Origin: Acaryochloris marina MBIC11017
GTDB taxonomy: Bacteria; Cyanobacteriota; Cyanobacteriia; Thermosynechococcales; Thermosynechococcaceae
Direction of reading: 5' to 3'
Length of the DNA: 32,000 nt
Assembly: GCF_000018105.1 (NCBI RefSeq)
Contig: NC_009925.1
Coordinates: forward strand, 5,820,001-5,852,000
The notes beneath the pieces are model-generated. The model saw only the letters and a list, made by a program, of their open reading frames with translations. It was not told the origin of the DNA and did not search any database. The position numbers and the translations under genes are program-made. Positions 28,278 to 32,000 of this stretch are shown one piece after another (the stretch's first letter is position 1; each line of letters starts with the position of its first letter).

Positions 28278-29654
28278 ATGAATTTTGCCATCGTTGGGGG
28301 AGGGATAACTGGCTTAATTGCAGCTAAAATTCTAAATGATAAATACCCTAATAGTAACATTACGCTCATTGAAAAAGCTAATGAGATGGGTGGAATTCTG
28401 GCTGGAACCTATTATAAAAAACAAGGAATCTACTTTGATAAGGGAACTCATATATTTCGTGAAACAGGTTATCCTCAGATTGATGACTTTATATTGAGCT
28501 CTATTCCGAAAACTGAACTTATCCATTTTGATGTTCATCAAGGTGATATTGCTGGGGCAGTTTTTGATGGAAAGTTACAATCGAATTCCCATTTCCCTGA
28601 TATTCGTAAACTCACTAATTATGATGATCTTTATATATCTTTAAGCAATCAGGTTAATTCCTGTAACCCTATTTCTCCTATAGAGAGACTAGAACCTTTA
28701 ATAACTAATGCTTGTTCTCGTTTTGGAGAACTATACACTAAAAAGGTTTTAGCTCCTATACTGTCAAATTTATTTCAGAGACCAGCCGAAGACTTGGCTA
28801 GTTTTTCTCTGTTACTACCAGGACTTACACGAATCGTCTGTTCAAATTATCTTGAGTGGTTGCAGAATGCCCATAACATCCAATATCGTGAAATATTTGC
28901 TGTACCAGATCAGCGTAAGCTACCAAATCAATTACGCCATGGGAAAAGAAGTTTCTATTCTCATAGCCTTGGCTCAAGAAATTTCGTGAAAGGTATTACT
29001 GCTAATCTTGAGTCTAAAGGTGTTCAGTTTTTGCAAAGCACAACCATTACATCATTTAATCTTGATAAATTACTCATAACTTGTCTTACGCCGAAAGGTG
29101 AGTCATTAGAGCTCCAAGTGGATGGAATAGTGCTTGCAACAGGTGTATTTGGTGCTGCCCAATTATTAGATATCTCAATGGAGATCTTTAGTTTTGATCA
29201 ACCAATACTTAGTCGAATTATAAATCTCATTGTTAAGAAATCTCCAGAGAGCGATCTTTGTTATTTTTATGGTCTTGATCCGAAGATGGATTTCTATAGG
29301 GTGACGAACTATCGAGCTTTTTCGGGAAATCCAAAAGATCGTCGTTTATCTATTGAGGTACTAGGTAATAATGCTATTGATAATTCAATACTTCCACAAC
29401 ATGTTCTTAAACAGCTTTTTGATATTGGATTTATATCACATGAAGGGTTTGAATTTGGCGATGTTGTTAGACTAAAAACTGGTTTTCCTACTCCTACAAT
29501 TAGTAATATGCAGTCCTTGGTTAAATTGAGTGATTATGTCCATGAGCAATTACCAAATAAGGTATTATTGGGCGGAATTGGAGCCAAGAAAGGCTTATTT
29601 TTTCAAAATGAGATCATCAAAGATATTTCCGATAAAATTTTAGAACGATTTTAA
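28278..29654 (+). CDS. FAD/NAD(P)-binding oxidoreductase (amine-oxidase / UDP-galactopyranose-mutase-like fold), function unknown
   Basis: N-terminal dinucleotide fingerprint NFAIVGGGITGLIAAKIL...IEKANEMGGI. ATG 28278, 1 nt after the preceding stop, is preferred to GTG 28266. Confidence 0.7.
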   Translation: MNFAIVGGGITGLIAAKILNDKYPNSNITLIEKANEMGGILAGTYYKKQGIYFDKGTHIFRETGYPQIDDFILSSIPKTELIHFDVHQGDIAGAVFDGKLQSNSHFPDIRKLTNYDDLYISLSNQVNSCNPISPIERLEPLITNACSRFGELYTKKVLAPILSNLFQRPAEDLASFSLLLPGLTRIVCSNYLEWLQNAHNIQYREIFAVPDQRKLPNQLRHGKRSFYSHSLGSRNFVKGITANLESKGVQFLQSTTITSFNLDKLLITCLTPKGESLELQVDGIVLATGVFGAAQLLDISMEIFSFDQPILSRIINLIVKKSPESDLCYFYGLDPKMDFYRVTNYRAFSGNPKDRRLSIEVLGNNAIDNSILPQHVLKQLFDIGFISHEGFEFGDVVRLKTGFPTPTISNMQSLVKLSDYVHEQLPNKVLLGGIGAKKGLFFQNEIIKDISDKILERF

Positions 29655-29692
29655 ATGTTTAAGAGTTTAATTGTATATGTAAAATCTGTTTT

Positions 29693-31005
29693 ATGAATAA
29701 TAAAAGAGGGCTATTTATTAAACAAGTAGTGACATATTTTGTCGCCACACTCACTATGCCATTTTTTTATATCATTTCTTCGGTTTTTGCTCTTATATCC
29801 AGATCAAAGAATTCAAAAAATTCTACTCAAGCACGTTTAGTTTGGGGGCCAGTTCCAGTAATTAATAATAAATACTGGTCCAATGCAATGAAAGAGGGTG
29901 GTTGGAATTCAATCACTTTTATGCATAGTTATTTTTCTGTAATAAATCAGCGTTCAGACTTTGATGAAATACTAGCTGAAAAATATTTATTTTCCCAAAA
30001 AGTATAAAAATAATTATTTCTTTTTGGGAAAGTTTATTTAGGTTTGATGTCTTTTTCATATCTTTCAGAGGATGGATATTAGGTCAAACTCCCTTTTGGT
30101 GGATAGAAGCACATCTTCTTAAGTTAGCTGGGAAACGGATTGTTGCAATTCCTTATGGTTCAGATGCTTTTGTATACCGAAAAATTAAATCTTTGCCACT
30201 GCTTCATGGTTTGATGATGTCATATCCTGAAGCATCTCGCTTGCAAGATGATGTTGAAAAAAGGTTGCATTATTGGTGTAAAAATGCTGATTGTGTTAAT
30301 CCAGGAATGATGGGACCTGATGGATTTGGACGATGGGATATTTTACGACCTAGTAGTCTAACAATTGATTTGAATACTTGGTTGCCAACTACACGTATTA
30401 GTGATGCTGATGGAATAAAAAGTACAGTTTATGTGGCCCATGCTCCAAATCATAGAGGCTTTAAAGGGAGTGAATTCCTAATTGATGCAATTCAAAAACT
30501 TAAAGATGAAGGGTTAAAAGTTGAACTAATTTTAATAGAAAAAATTCAAAATGAAGAAGTAAGAAAAATATTTCAAGGTGAAGTTGATATATTAGTTGAA
30601 CAATTGATTGCAACAGGGCATGGGATCAATGCTATTGAAGGTATGGCTTGCGCATTACCAGTTATATCGAATTTTGAAGACGATGATTATACATTAGTAT
30701 TTCGCAGATGGTCATTTTTAGATGAATGTCCTATTGTTTCTGCTAGCCCTGAGACAATTATTGACCAATTACGTAAACTTATTACACGGCCAAAGCTTAG
30801 GGCTAAATTAGGTGAATCTGGCCGTAGATATGTTGAGAAATATCATAGTTATGATTCAGCAAAAATACTCTTTTCTAATATTCTGAAATATGTTTATGGT
30901 GAGATTGATAATTTAAATAGTTTATACCACCCTTTATTAAGTGAATCTTCGGATATAGAAAACTCAGTTTTACATCCACTCATTAAAAATAGAATTGTAA
31001 GCTGA
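29693..31005 (+). pseudogene. GT-B (GT4-like) glycosyltransferase split by a 1-nt frameshift near 29984-29996
   Basis: ORF 29693-30007 ends in ...DFDEILAEKYLFSQKV*. The frame of ORF 30193-31005 is actually open from 29980 and there encodes plausible protein with no start codon (FDVFFISFRGWILGQTPFWWIEAHLLKLAGKRIVAIPYGSDAFVY). The span is 1313 nt (3n+2), so one extra T in the T4 run at 29990-29993 gives a continuous 437-aa ORF. The C-terminal half has GT-B features (HAPNHRGFKG, GINAIEGMACALPVIS). Confidence 0.6.
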
Positions 31006-32000
31006 TGGTATTTCGACAGATAGCTAAAGATTCTGCGATATACGGTGGAGCTGATTTTCTGGGGAAATCTATCTCATTCTTTACTTTTCCTATAATTGCA
31101 GCTGCTTTCACACCGACTTCATTTGGCACTCTTGAATTAGTACGTACAACTACGGCATTGTTGGCTCTGGTTATGAACTTTGGTCTCAATAATTCTGTGC
31201 AACGTTTCTATTGGGACTCAGATACAACAGAGAATCAACGTCCTATAATTGTTTCCACTGGTTTAGCAACCCAAATACTATTTGGGTTACTTACTTGTTT
31301 ACTTGGATTCTCATTGATGCCTTGGACCATGAACGAGGTACAGAAAGTAAATCTTTCACTTAGCTGGATAGGTTTTATTTCTGCACTTCTTTTGATGTTC
31401 TTCTCACAATGTCTTCAGTATTGCTTAGATGTTATTCGGCTTCAATTCTCTCCTTTTAAATTTTTGTTTTTAACATTTCTAAGTCGCATACTTAGTGTTT
31501 TATTGTCTGTCTTAGTTGTAGTTAAGTTTAAAGGAGGGATTAATGGATTTTTGAGTATTCAACTACTAGTAAATATCTTAGCTATACCTCTAGCTTTCTG
31601 GATGATTAAGAAAGATTTAACTCTTAAAATTGATTTATCTTGGCTTCGAGAACTCGTAGTTTTTGGCTACCCATTTATTTTTGCTGGATTGGCCTATTGG
31701 TTATTTGGATCAATGGACCGATGGATGCTTGCAACAATATCGTCCGTTGAGCAAACAGGTTTATATTCAATAGCCTTTCGTTTTGCATCTATCGTTCTTT
31801 TTGTTTCTGCGGCTTTTGGTAAAGCATGGAGTCCAATATCAATCAAACTTCGAAAAGACTATCCTGATGAGTATAGAAATATTTATGCCCAGGTTTTACT
31901 ACTAATATTATTTTGTATGCTGACTATTGGAGGAGGACTTTCATTACTGTCTGGAGAGTTGATCACTATAATGATGCCTCAAGAATATGCAGCCAGTTCA
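31005..32000 (+). CDS. wzx: Wzx-type oligosaccharide flippase (MOP superfamily), 5' partial, continues beyond the window
   Basis: It is absent from the ORF track because no stop occurs in the window. My translation from ATG 31005 (overlapping the previous TGA by 1 nt) gives 332 stop-free codons: MVFRQIAKDSAIYGGADFLGKSISFFTFPIIAAAFTPTSFGTLELV...GLNNSVQRFYW...LYSIAFRF.... It has multiple TM helices and a typical Wzx N-terminus. Confidence 0.8.
   Translation, partial: MVFRQIAKDSAIYGGADFLGKSISFFTFPIIAAAFTPTSFGTLELVRTTTALLALVMNFGLNNSVQRFYWDSDTTENQRPIIVSTGLATQILFGLLTCLLGFSLMPWTMNEVQKVNLSLSWIGFISALLLMFFSQCLQYCLDVIRLQFSPFKFLFLTFLSRILSVLLSVLVVVKFKGGINGFLSIQLLVNILAIPLAFWMIKKDLTLKIDLSWLRELVVFGYPFIFAGLAYWLFGSMDRWMLATISSVEQTGLYSIAFRFASIVLFVSAAFGKAWSPISIKLRKDYPDEYRNIYAQVLLLILFCMLTIGGGLSLLSGELITIMMPQEYAASS

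Noticed and set aside
29978-30007. Programmed -1 ribosomal frameshift as the explanation for the split glycosyltransferase
   Set aside because: The overlap window has no X XXY YYZ slippery heptamer in the upstream frame, and I saw no obvious downstream stem or pseudoknot. An indel in a homopolymer run is the simpler explanation.
1-32000. Search for CRISPR arrays, IS elements/transposases, integrases, tRNA/rRNA genes and toxin-antitoxin or defence-type gene pairs
   Set aside because: I saw no regularly spaced direct repeats, no transposase- or integrase-like translations and no terminal inverted repeats flanking the low-GC block within the window. I also found no cloverleaf-capable sequence. 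The right boundary of the low-GC region lies outside the window.

Overview
All calls come from reading the ORF translations and the DNA by eye, using remembered family motifs; no searches were run. The window looks like a cyanobacterial chromosome segment. The HIP1 octamer GCGATCGC occurs 11 times, and a class II dual-function FBP/SBPase gene sits next to hemA. I support about 28 protein-coding genes and found no rRNA, tRNA, CRISPR array or transposase.

Positions 1-20 kb are core and envelope genes:
- TPR protein, IscA/HesB, stand-alone PMI-type cupin
- AMIN + phosphodiester-glycosidase protein, SpoIID/LytB
- gmd, alpha/beta hydrolase, ABC-2 transporter pair
- a degenerate IDH/IPMDH-fold paralog facing a monomeric NADP-isocitrate dehydrogenase
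- Ser/Thr kinase, carboxylesterase, glpX, hemA

Positions 20-32 kb are a surface-glycan locus. A WecB/TagA-type glycosyltransferase is followed by one tightly coupled plus-strand operon that runs off the window end: sugar 6-dehydrogenase, SDR epimerase, DegT aminotransferase, AsnB-type amidotransferase, FemAB-fold protein, SAM methyltransferase, FAD oxidoreductase, a frameshifted GT-B glycosyltransferase and a Wzx flippase. G+C falls to roughly one third in the distal part.

Best candidates for undescribed biology:
1. The AsnB/FemAB/methyltransferase/flavoprotein tailoring module.
2. The IDH-fold paralog with substituted catalytic motifs paired with the monomeric IDH. An 11-bp inverted repeat there could sequester its Shine-Dalgarno sequence.
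3. A single-base frameshift splitting the glycosyltransferase.
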